Assembly (NCBI GenBank): GCA_012295275.1
Contig: CM022673.1
Location: 10,726,001-10,790,000, forward strand
Reading direction: 5' to 3'
Length of the DNA stretch: 64,000 nt
Source of the DNA: Chrysomallon squamiferum
Taxonomy: Eukaryota; Animalia; Mollusca
Shown here: piece after piece, positions 40,892-53,717 of the stretch
Layout: each line of letters begins with the position of its first letter
Numbering within the stretch: position 1 is the first letter of the stretch
Notes under the pieces: generated by a model
Told to the model about the DNA's origin: nothing
Seen by the model: the letters and a program-made list of their open reading frames with translations, nothing else
Database searches by the model: none
Translations under genes and position numbers: made by a program

Positions 40892-43800
40892 ATGGTGAAG
40901 TTATCAGGAAAGGTTGTCTGTCGCCAGACGAAAACAACAAATGACGTTGTGTACGCACCAGCTACCGACGACATAGGCTGTTTTGTAAAAGGAACGACTC
41001 TTCTGAAGGGAACGTACGAAGGAATCGAAGTTTCTTCTGTTATTCCTTACACTACGTATCTTGGCGGGGGAGGCGTTTGTGGAGAAAGCTCCACAGAACC
41101 TGTCCACTACACGACAAAAACAGATAAACTCATCTACGGCTTTAATGGAGAAGAGCCATTTTTCACAGCCGATCATCCATTCGCCACACAAGATGGCTGG
41201 CGAGCTATTGACCCGCACGCCGCAAAAAAGACCAGTCCCTGGTTACAGGTAGGGCCTTTGGAAGTCGGAGATTACGTCAAAAGAATATCACATAAAATGG
41301 GCCCCAGTGGGTTCGAATACAGCCAGAAAAAGATAACCAAAATCAGCACGAGGACACTTGAAGCTGGCAGTACTTTGTATGGTCTTCACACATTCGAAGG
41401 TCCGAAGTCCTATCATGCTAACGGGTATTTAGTACATATGAACTATCCTGAAATTACATCGGCCAACGTTCAGCAAAGTTTATCCAAGGTTTTTAAATCT
41501 GACGCGCACGCTATCATCAAAAACGTCATAGAGCCTTTAATAACTGATATGCATGGAGAAAGGGGAGAAACGTTTCTGCAAAATATAAAGTCGGGACTGG
41601 AAACAAAGCCAAGTTCGAAACAACGCTTTATTCCTTTAGAGGAAACGATGCTTCTAGATATGCCTTTAGCGTACGAGACGGAGAAGGGCGAGGCCTTTCC
41701 AACACACATCAGCGTACGTCGCGGTGAAGTATTTCTGAACAACCAGCACGTTCAGTCTGCTGTGGTCAGTGAGCACCAGATCTGCTGGACACGACAAGTC
41801 AACGGACGCTTGCAGCATGGGAACATACATTTCAATCCTAACAGAATGACTGCATACGGAAGAATCAGCACTGACGAAGAGCCCGTTACTTCCTATGCGG
41901 CGGCTGCACGAATTTCCGTCGTTCAACAGAATGCTGTTAAACCCAGCGTCAAGTTTACCGCAACGCTTCCAGTAAACACTTATAACTGTCTTGTAGGAGA
42001 GACAAAAGTGAAAGGTGGTCCGATGACAGACTGGGGTACCGTGATAATGGGATACGAAGTTGATCCCAAAACGAAAAAAATGGGGCCAGTTGGTAAGGCT
42101 TCTCTAGCAAACAGTATTATCTCGACACCCGATGATCTCGATAATGGTGTCATATTTTCAGTTGATAGCGACACCCAGGCTCTAAAGGTATCCATAAGCG
42201 TGCCGTCTGCATACTGTGATTTACCTGACGGTCCAAAATATATCACAATGGAGGGAACCTTCAACTGGGATTTCAGCTCATTTAAAGGTACAGCCATAAA
42301 ATACGATTCTACAGCTACAGGTTTCGAAGGCGATTCCTACGAATGGTCAGGCCTGATTAATCGTAGTGCTGCTTCAAAAAGAATAATACAGCAAAGTCGC
42401 ACTGCATCCATTCTAATGCAGAACACGCGTTCAGTGAGTTCAGCGGCAGCTGAAGTTCATCCAGATTCGTATGCTCTTGCCTCTTCTACAGCTGCAGAAG
42501 ATCTTACATTGGAAGAACTATACCAGCTTCCAGCACCAGACCAGTCTGAAGTTCACGATTTGTCTTTTGACTTAATAAAACAAATGATGGAACACCAGAT
42601 TCCTGCAAAATGGCGCGAAGAGATTCTTGGTATTTCGAAACCTGATATCGGAAATCTGGAGGTATTTGCTTCAAAACATTCTGATTTTCTTGCGAATGAA
42701 TTTGGTCTCAGCTACATTGGTTTTGCACTGTCCAAGAATGCAACGTATGGGAAAAAATACAGTACGACTGATAAGAATAAAATGTTATACTACTGGGCTG
42801 GTGACAAGGACTCAAGTCTGTCGCACAGTTCAGATTATTCCAGAGTAAATACGGTAGTCGCCACCAATGCGTTTATAAAAGTGAGCGAGAAGTTACAGAA
42901 ATACATGAAGTCGAATCCCACTAAATGGGCCTACAAATTATTTCACAAATTCGACGATCCAGTTTTTATGAATGGTTTTGTTAGGTCATTAGATGCAGCT
43001 CAGTCGACTAATCTTCTTCAAAAACAGTCCATGGTTCTTCAGTGTCTTGCTCCAGATATAAACTATGGGACCCAGCTTTATCACAAGGTCATGGTCCAGA
43101 GACTTAGTAACATTGGTAAAACGTACAAGGGATCCAGTGAAACCTTCGCGATTCTGAAAGAGTTTATATATGACGCATGCGGACAGATGATCACAGCGAT
43201 TTTGAGTGGAAGTGATAAGTTAGATTCGGGCATCTCCAAACAGCTGCAAAAGCTGATCAGAGAAAGCCAGAAAGAAGCGAATGAAATTCAAGGAGAGGAT
43301 TACCAGACATTCCTTTTAGGTATAGTTACGGAAACTATTACCCTTTGGTCTAAGGAGTCAGGAGTGCCTATGAAAAGAATGTCCAATGCTGTGTCAAAGG
43401 TTCTGAAACTCCATCCTGAAATATCATCATCTGCTTTTGGCAAAGTGGTAGGGTTTATCACTCCTCTGTTAATGTGGGCTTTCATGGCATATAGCATTGT
43501 TAATGTTTTCATGAACTGGGGGGCAATGGCCCCGGAACAAAAGCTATTAGCGGTTGCAAACGGTGTTAGCTTTGCCCTGTCAACATTTGGAAAATTTCCA
43601 GACCTATTTGCTAAATTCCAAGAAGCAAAAGATGGTTTCTTTGATTTCGACTTCGTTAAAAAGTTTATGAAATTAACCGCAGCTGATTCAACAAAAGCTG
43701 CCGAAGATGATTATATGACCAAACTAATTGAAGATGTGGAAGATGTTTCCACCGTAGAAGAAGTTATTACAATAGAAGCAGAACAGGCTGGGAAAAACGC

Positions 43801-46800
43801 AGGTTCAGTAGAAAGCGAAGTTGAAACAACTTCCAGGTACGTTCTTTCTTTCTTTATGATATTTGGAATACTTCAAATAGAAATTTTAATCAAAACAGCA
43901 TAGGTAAAACATCTGATTTCGAAAGGGGTTTGTGTTGGCTGCACGGAAGGGTTTTTGTTCCAGATTTGTAATAGCAGTTATATATTTTGTCTATTATTTA
44001 TTCTTGAATTATACTCAGTTATTACCTTGACACAAATTTTAACATTACGTAGGTTTCTATCTACCCGAGAGAAGCTTTTATTTTATTTTATTATACTGAG
44101 TGGGAGTGAAAGGACACAATAAAAAGAAATCTTTGAGGTCATAAACCAAGTCTGATCTTTCTTATCGTTTAGACAGAGATTTACAGAAGTATGTATTGTG
44201 ATAATTATATTCCTTCCATTTTGCACAGATTTGAAAAAGTTTGCAATGTAACTGGTCAGATGGCTAAAGTGTTTAACATCATAGCCTTGGCCGCCGCGGT
44301 TGTAGCCATGGGATTTCAGATTGCCAGGGACTTCAGAGAAGGTCAATCAATTGCAGTCAAAGCTTTAGATATTACCGAGGTAAGTACTAGAAGAACAGAA
44401 GGTCAGTAGTAGAGCTCTAAAAAATTTCTCTAATAAAGAGCTGACCACTTGAAAAATATTTTCTATTTCCAAAAATCGAGGCGTAAATCGTTGCGCGAAT
44501 GGCGGCGTTTTTTTGTGTTTGGTCTGCTGCACGTCTCTATTTCTATGTTAATGTCTGTTTTCTGTAATCCGCCGAAAATTATTGCGAAAATCTGATGTTC
44601 ACGGCCTTGAGGGCCGAGTGTTAACGAACGTCTGTATTATATATATATAAGAGTATGACCAGTCTTATCCAAGTCTGTATTATATATCTAAGAGTATGAC
44701 CAGTGTTATCCACGTCGTTTTATATATCTAAGAGTATGACCAGTGTTATCTACGTCTGTATTATATATATAAGAGTATGACCAGTGTTATCTACGTCTGT
44801 ATTATATATATAAGAGTATGACCAGTGTTATCTACGTCTGTATTATATATCTAAGAGTATGACCAGTGTTATCTACGTCTGTATTATATATCTAAGAGTA
44901 TGACCAGTGTTATCCACGTCTTTATTATCTAAGAATGTGACCAGTCTTATCCAAGTCTGTATTGTATATCTAAGAGTGTGACCAGTGTTATCCAAGTCTG
45001 TATTATATATATATATAGGAGTATGACCAGTCTTATACCAGTCTGTATTATATATATAGGAGTATGACCAGTCTTATCTACGTCTGTATCATATATCTAA
45101 GAGTATGACCAGTGTTATTCAAGTCTGTATTATATATCTAAGAGTATGACCAGTGTTATCCAAGTCTGTATTATATATCTAAGAGTATGACGAGTGTTAT
45201 CCAAGTCTGTATTATATATCTAAGAGTATGACCAGTGTTATCCAAGTCTGTATTATATATCTAAGAGTATGACCAGTGTTATCCAAGTCTGTATTATATA
45301 TCTAAGAGTATGACCAGTGTTATCCAAGTCTGTATTATATATCTAAGAGAATGACCAGTCTTATCCAAGGCTATGTTGTTAGTTTCAGATAAATTGAGAT
45401 GGGCTTGTTTTCACATGACGTCAAAGTCCTTTATTATTCCGATACATGTGCTTAAATCAATGATTTTACCTCGCTAGAACGAAAGGAACTAATCATAAAT
45501 AAACTAGTGAAAAGCAGTTAGTTAGATAGATGACAGTACATGGTGGTAAACAGTTTTCCATTCAGCTCTGGATGCGACTCAGTTTTGCGAAGCTAAATCA
45601 GTTTTATGATTAGTCATTAATCCAAATGAAGTTTATTATTAGAAATAAAAAATAGAAATTAAAAAAAATATTAAAAATTAATGTTTATTTTAAGAAATCA
45701 AAATTATTATTAGAAATTAAAGGTTAGTGTGAGAAATTAAACTTATTAGAAATAAAAGGTTTTTTCTTTTTCTTCTTCTTCTTTTTTTTTTTTTATCAGA
45801 CTGTAAAATTTATCATTAGATTTTCAAGCTTATGGTTAGAAAATAAAATTTATGATTAGAAAAAAAATGTATTAATAGAATTTGAAATTTGTTATCTTCA
45901 AACATGTGATTCATGCAGTGCTTTTAAAATATTTTATTATCAGAGTTTATTCATTCTTGCCACAATTTTACTAAATTTATCTATCTATCTATTTATCTAT
46001 CTATCTGTCAGTCAATCTGTATATATATATATATATATCTTATGGATCAGTCGTCTTTGAAAATGAGTGACAAGTAGTAGTAATAAGAGTTTTATTTCAA
46101 AATATTTGCAATTATTAAAATTAAAATTGAGCTGGTTACTTTAATACTGGATAATTAATTAATTAATTAAATTATTTTAGGTTTTTATCTGTTAATGTCT
46201 ATATTTCACAATATGCTGTATTTCTCAAATTCGAGAAGTAAATTCAATTCAAATCCCTGTCACCCTATGAATCAACGTCCAAACAGATGTTTCTTTCAAA
46301 TACATACAAATATGAAACCATTTTTATTCATTTTTTGTTTGACAACTGAGAATAAGAAAAATTAGATAAATATAACTTTCAAAAATCATTACAATTAAAG
46401 ATATTTTGTGTTGTTTTCACTGTTTGTTTCTGCTTTATTTCATTTATTTATTTATTTATTATTATTATTGTGTGTGTGCATTTTTGCGTGTGTGTGTGTA
46501 TGTATGTGTGTGTGTGTGTTTATCTTAAATACACATCAATACATAATTCTATCTATAGGGTCATTTTATCAAAATGCTTTCATTTTTATTTTATTCCAGG
46601 CGGTTGTATTTGGTCTCCAGGTGTTGGCCGAGACAGCGGCCATGGTTTTCGAAAATGCAGTTCTGTCCACCATGGGTTCTGCTCTGGCCATTGCAGGCAT
46701 CGTCATTTTTGTAATCCTGCAGATAATCGGCAGAAAACCGCCGAAACCTAAACCCACGGAAGCAGACATTTTCATAAACGAAAGCGTGAAGCCATTCCTC

Positions 46801-46866
46801 GAATCACTTCCGGAACCTGATCAGGCATGGTTGGATACATATCATGGCCGAACGAAGAAGAGTTAG
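40892..46866 (+). CDS. Hint-domain protein with hydrophobic C-terminus, copy B (intact, 3 exons, 1,120 aa)
   Basis: Exons 40892-43836, 44229-44379, 46600-46866 total 3,363 nt, in frame, with GT-AG introns at the same positions and phases as copy A (exon 2 is 151 nt in both). Hint domain at residues 30-184; several Ala/Gly/Val-rich hydrophobic helices in the last ~280 aa. Confidence 0.9.
40979..41443 (+). other. Hint (Hedgehog/intein) domain of copy B, 155 aa
   Basis: G|CFVKGTTL ... FTADHPFATQDGW ... LEVGDYV ... LYGLHTFEGPKSYHANGYLVHMN. Confidence 0.88.
44629..45370. repeat. ~41-bp minisatellite (~18 copies) in intron 2 of copy B
   Basis: Unit GTCTGTATTATATATCTAAGAGTATGACCAGTGTTATCCAA, head-to-tail with no unique spacers. 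Confidence 0.95.
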
Positions 46867-48569
46867 AAACAGATTTTAATCTGAAAGCTATAATGGTTGT
46901 AGTAGTAGCAGTAACAGTAATATAGTAATAGCAGTAATAGTAGTAGCAATAAAAGTAGTAATTTTACTAGTAACAGTAGTAGTAGTAGTGGTAATCGTTG
47001 CAGCAGTAGTAACGGTTGTAGTAGTAGTAGTAGTAGTAGTAATAGCAGTAACAGTAGTAGCAATACTACTACTACTAGTAGTAGAAATATGAGTAGTAAT
47101 TTTATTAGTAACAGTAATAGTAGTGGTAGTAACAGTAGTAGTAGCTTTAGTTGTAGTAGAAGTAAAAGTAGTAATATTAGTACTAACAGTAGTGGAAGGA
47201 AAACTAGTAATACGAATAGTAAGAGTAGTATTCCATTAATATGTAGTAACTTTAGTAGAAGTGGTGGTGGTGGTGGTGGTGATGGTTATAATAATAACAG
47301 AACGTAATATTAGTGAAAATATGAGTAAGTTGTTGTATGCAATAATAATTTAAAAACACTAAATATTTGGAATGTAGTATGTAATAGTATTATTATTATG
47401 AAGTAACAACAGCAGTGGTACTAGATGATGCTGTTGCGGTGGTAGCATCAGCAGTTACAGTATTTGTATAAGTATATTTGGGCATGGAAATAATAACGGT
47501 AAAAGCATCTATAGTAATTTTGTTTATCGGATATTCTATTCTGTTTCTTCTGCTCATAACAAAGACAGATAAATAAATATTATACTGTGGATTATTAGTT
47601 TCAATACAGGCGGTAACTGGATAACAGTTTTCTTGTAGTGGCAATACAGCAGTTTTATTAATTCGAGTATTTTTGGTGGTAGTAAAATAATATAGTAGTA
47701 GCAGTAGTAGCAGCAGCAGCAGTAGCATTAATAGTAGTAGTAGTAGTGTAACAGCAACATCAGCAGCAATGAATGCAGTTATATATGGTGATGGTTAACT
47801 AATATATTATTTTTATTGCTGTTTCTAACGACACATAATTTTATACGAAAATTATGTTTTTTGAAAATATCACAAACCAATTATTTAGTATTTGCTTTTC
47901 TTGCAACTAGGTAGTACACATAGAACTATGGAATGGCCAATATTTTCGTTTTACGAAGAAATAAATGTTTTGTCTAAGACTCACTCTTTATAATGTTTCC
48001 AAAACATTGCAAGAGCTTCGCTATCCCGTATCGAGGAAATCTCGTCAGATAAGACGATACGTGAAAGTTACGTCTTTGCTAAACCTACCTCTCTATTATT
48101 GTTCTAGTCCGTGGCAGAGCCATATTTTTGGGCCCCTGAAGCTTGAACAGTTATACGGGCTCTTAGCAAGCAGCAACAATGGTTATCTTCTTTAATGTTC
48201 CAAAGCAGACCACAGCATCTCAAATTTTGATTAAGGGCACTGGAATGTAAACATAATTAGTTTCATAATAGACCCGCAGCAATAGCAGTAGTAACAGTAG
48301 AAGCAGTAGTAATAACAGTGTAGTCGTATAGTAGTCGTAGTAGGAATAAGAGTTTTATTTCAAAATATGTAGTAATTCTTATTTATTCTATTTATTAATT
48401 TATTAGGATCCAGTATACACGTGATTTCATTTTGTTGCGTTTATCTAATTAAAATTTCTGTATCATTTTGATTTATTAAAAATTAACATTTAACGAATAA
48501 AATTTAAACTATTATTGGTTGTCTTATTTATGGATACAAAGATCAAGTTTCTCTGTTAGTAATAACAAT

Positions 48570-48635
<66 letters not shown>

Positions 48636-49455
48636 AAAAAAGTCGACAGTCAGAATAACCTGAATAGCTAATGCTTTTCTCTAAATGGAGCACCTTTAAC
48701 ACGGAAAAACAAAAGAAGGAAGAGCGCCATTTGTGAACTTGGAAATTATCAGTAATTTATTTATTAATTATAATATGCAATACAAAAGCACCTGTAATCA
48801 ATTCCCTATCTTTTATCAGCAACTGAATGACATTTGTAAATTTGTCGCACAAAGAGTTTCGCAGATGCATTTTCAGGATGACATAATGCCTGTAGATGAC
48901 GTTTGGTTTTTCTAATATCATTTGATATTAATAAAAACAAAGAGAAAATAATTTCCACAGATAATTCTTGACAACATCTGGACGGTAACGAAATTGATAA
49001 TTTTAAGAGTTTATTTCCACTGGGGGACAAAATAGGAATAAATTTCAAGTTTTTCATGCCGTGTTTCAGTTTTAATTATGAAAACAGTACAAATAACAAA
49101 ATTGCATTTTAGTTTAATCACTTAATCATGTATCATTAAATTTTAGAAGATTTGAGTTTTGTCTGGTTCGATCAGTTTTGATAATGAAATAACCGTGGTT
49201 AATTGTATATATAAAGATTTAAAGTGAATACAAATGATAAACTTTAGTGACAATATTTTTTATTGATTTTATGCATTTAGGATTTGGGAGGTCGTAGTTA
49301 AAAATGATTTTCAAATGTTTAAACCATTGTATTAGTTTAATTTTAACAAAAATTATACAGGATAGTGTGGGTGGTACTTTTTTCAGTATAAGATATCTGA
49401 AACATTTACTTCTTTTTTTCTTTTTTTTTCAGTTTGCTTTATAACATAAGTCAAA

Positions 49456-49545
49456 ATGAGCAAAAAATCTGTATTTGATGATGAAGAAGATATCATTCAA
49501 ACTACCAAGAGGTAAATCCTTTTGATTTAAAAAATAACAACAACA

Positions 49546-49581
<36 letters not shown>

Positions 49582-52500
49582 GTAATAATAATAAAAAATA
49601 ATATTAATAAATGAAATCTGTGCTTAACATTTATATTCATAAGCTAACCTTAAGACTTAACTTTGTATGTTACCTCTCACTGTGTATTGACCTGGATGGG
49701 GTCTAAGTCATATGATCTGTATTTGTTTTTTCTGTTTGAAAGTTCTTTATTCTTAGAAATGAAAGTAATTTCATTTTGAAAGTTACATCTATTAAATCAC
49801 AGAGCCTTCCCACCTTTTTACAGCTCCTAGATCTGCCCTTACACAAACTGTAATATGTCATGAAAAACACTGGAATGTATGAAAAGGGGACAGTCCAGAT
49901 TATAATATTTTAAAAGTGACAAATGCGTAACATTTTTTATAAAATAAAGGTCTAGAACATATGCAAAGAGTAACAGTTAACATAATGAGTAATATTTTAC
50001 GAGTGACATAAATTTAAAAAAAAAAATGTAATAAATCAAAAAATAAAATAATGAATTGTACATATGTTTCATAAAGATTTGATTGTACCTTTCAGTACTG
50101 AGCAATTGCTATATTTAATGATAAGGAAGGAAAAGACCTGCTAATGAGCTACCCTTTTTTAATTAGAAGGAAGGAATTTTTTTTATATATATATATATAT
50201 ACATTATATACGCTACGCTGTAAGGCACTTGTTAGGATAGAAAATAGCTCAGTGGTTGTTATACGCAGGAGATTTGATCATATAGAGCCATTCATATCTC
50301 AGTTTTACATTCTTATCATTAAGCATGATTAATTTTAACTAATGAAAGAAGTAATGTTTATTATTATTTTTCATTTATTTACTTTCATTATTTTGTATGA
50401 TGAATAAAATTAGTTTTTAATTTATTATTTACAGCAAACAACGACTTTCAGCTGAAACAATGGATGAAAAAATGCTGAAAAGCCCAAGAAAACAGAGCAG
50501 AGTATGTTAATGTAGTCATTAAAATAAAATATTTATGATATAGATATTTTTTCATCATAAAATTTTGACTTGAGAATAGCAATAATACTGGCTACTTTGT
50601 CATACCTTCCATATAGGAATTTTCTTTTGTCTTTTGTTTGTTAGTTGGAATAGAGATGTTGTACAGTTGTGTTTTTCTTAATCATTATTATTATTATCAT
50701 TATTATTATTATTATTATTATCTGCCTCTCTGTGTTTATTTATTTATTTTGTGAATCAGTTTCTCTTTAGCAACTTAAAACCCTGAATTCTTTTCCATTT
50801 TTATATTTAGAGACTATCAACAGCTCAAGCATTCACAGCTCGAGTTATTGGTAACATTCAAGGTCCTGAAGAGTTGACAAAAGATAAAGAAGAAGAAGAG
50901 GAAGCCTATGCCCTGGAACACACAAAGAATGTACCACTGAAATTGTAAATACTACTCAAAATTAATTTTTTTAAAGTTAATTTTTTCGATATACCATTAA
51001 ATAATCATTCTTTCTTATAAAAATGTTTAATAATAATTATTATTATAAGAATCTGAAAAACTTAGAAAAAAATAAGGAAGCCATCATAACACCTTGATGA
51101 GTTTTTTATTGTCATACGTTATTATTAACAAACACTTGTAGTAAGAAATAAAATAATCTTTTGAAACTATGCAATATCTGAAAAGCATAGATATAACTTT
51201 AGTTGTTTTTAGATTAATTTAATATAAAATATTAATTAATAAAAATATTTATAAGATATTAAATACTGAAAACACTTATGAAATATTACATATATGCATA
51301 TAACGGCAATTATTAGAAAGTATTAATTGCTGCAAATATATGGATGAAATATTTATTATTTTAAATAATACAGATTTTCATAATAATTATATTTTCTTCT
51401 TTCAGTTATCGAATGGTGATTATATTGGTCAGGCGTGGAATAAGACAAGTAAAAGCAAAATGGAATAAAGTAAAGGTAAAAATGTGGTCTATATGTTTAT
51501 GTGAGAGAGAGAGAGAGATAACAGTGAGATCAAGGGAGACAGATAGGATATAAGTGAGTAAAATAGAGAGAGGTACTTTTAAGTACTGAGATTGAAAACT
51601 ACAGCTGTTACAATGGGAGTCTATTTATTTTCATTTGAATAAAGAAATTAAATAATCATAATAATATCTAAAAACACTCACTTGGTTATAAATTAAAAAG
51701 TTGTAAGTATTTAGATGAAGAATTATAAAATGTTTTTTTCAGTTTAATATTGATATATGAATCCGGTATTAGAAAAAAAACATTTCTTATATATTTGACA
51801 GCACTGGTACAGGCGAGAGAGAAATAAGCGAATTGAAAATCCTATTCTCAATAAACAAATAAAAATAATGGAAGGTATCTTTCTATTAAATTTTATTTAG
51901 AAATTTTATCGTGTAATCTCAAAGAATAGTTACTTCTTTAAAACGAAGTGAATTTTTTATTTCTGTTTTTGATACAGATATACATGCATGTGCATGCACA
52001 CACACACACACACACACACAGACACACACACACATACACACAAAGCAATGTATTATTATTGTTATTTCTAACATATCTTTACTGAATCATTTCTACACAA
52101 CTATTCATCCAGTCTTTGATTACAAATTCATATACATTAGTGTTGAGATTAACTGATATACAACCTCAAAATATCTTGCATTATTTTATTTTATTTTATT
52201 TTATTTTTTTTTTATTTCTTTCTTTTAGGACATTTTGGATCAGGTATTGGCACAATGTTTGTGTTCTTTCGATGGGTCTTGTTGCTGAATATAGGTCTCT
52301 CCTTCATATGGACCACATTTATTGTGATTCCAATGGCAGTGACTTTTAACTACAAAGGGCCAATGGGGAAATTCTCATACAAAAATCTTTTAGATGGAGA
52401 GGTCAGTTTTAAAAAATATTGTTGAGGTTTGTTTTGAGTTATTTGTTTATTTGTCTATTTTATTTTCTTTTATTTTCTTTTATTATTTTTTTCTACTTAC

Positions 52501-53676
52501 TTATTTTTATTTTTTTTCATTAAATATTAAAAAAAAATGTTTTCCAGAACTTATAAAATTGTGATTGTCACATTTTAAAAAATTAATATTTTGAGATCGA
52601 ACAAGTAGATTGTGGAGTTAGGTCAATGTTTTATTTGTAGGGTCCTGTTGGAACATCATGGTTTTTCTTTGGTGCATATGTGCCAGAAATTGGAATGTAT
52701 CACCTGGGACTAGCATATCTGATTATGATTCTGATAACATATTTTGGCAGTCTGTGGATTATTTTAATAACGTAAGATTTATTCATGGAACAGTAACAAT
52801 TAGTTAATTTAAAAATATTTTTTAAAACAATTCTTTAATATCATCAACCTATTACAAATTTAGATCTTTTTTGTTTTAAAGTATTTTTTTTTTTTTAATG
52901 AATTAAATTTATATATTTTTGAAATTCCAGGTAATTAGCTGTTTGATGTTTTACAAATTTATTTGTTTTTAAGAATAATAGTAATAATAATAATAATAGG
53001 TCATTGTGTATAATTTTTGTTTTATTGACCAGTTGTGAATGTGTAACTGAAATTCAGTATTAAATGTGCAAGATGAGTCAGTTTTAAACTTTATAATATC
53101 TAAAAGGATTAAAATATTTATAACTTATTCAAAATGTCTTGTAAGTGAAAAAAATCTTCATTCATAATTTGAAGCTGGTAGTGCATCAGTAGTTAATACT
53201 TATGTTAAGCATGGTTTTTTCTTTTGCTACATGAATTACATTCTCAACCGATCCATTCTGTGTACACGTTCATCATTACTGTAGTGAAATCACAGCACCA
53301 GAATTATTATATTTTTCAACTTAATGCTTTGCTATACTACATTATTAATTAAGATTCGATCAAAAAAAAAAAAAAAAAAAAAAAAAACATGAGAATATGC
53401 AAAATATATTTAGACAATTTCTACACTTAATGGTACACTTTAAGCATAATTTGTTGAGAGTTTTTTTTTTTACATTTTGTAGAATTGCAGCAGCAGAAGA
53501 ACCCATGTCAGGTTCACGACTGTTTAGTTCAAGATTTGCATATTCTCTGATAATGTGGACTTCCTGGGACCATTCAGTTATCACTGCTGAAGCCACTCTG
53601 AACCTCAGTAAAGGCATTGCAAGTGCTTTCAAAGTAAGTTCATTAAGCAAGTTGTAAGGAAAGTGTTAAAAGTTAA

Positions 53677-53717
<41 letters not shown>

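Noticed and set aside
44629-45370. Regular ~41-bp repeats that could be taken for a CRISPR array
   Set aside because: Head-to-tail units with no unique spacers, located in a spliceosomal intron of a eukaryotic gene, with no cas genes nearby. It is a minisatellite.
31073-46866. Bacterial contamination or a viral polyprotein
   Set aside because: Both copies have conserved GT-AG introns filled with host-type microsatellites, and I see no RT, integrase, polymerase or capsid motifs.
46863-47760. Ser/Leu-rich ORFs after copy B
   Set aside because: (AGT)n-type low-complexity sequence downstream of the stop codon, with no coding signature.
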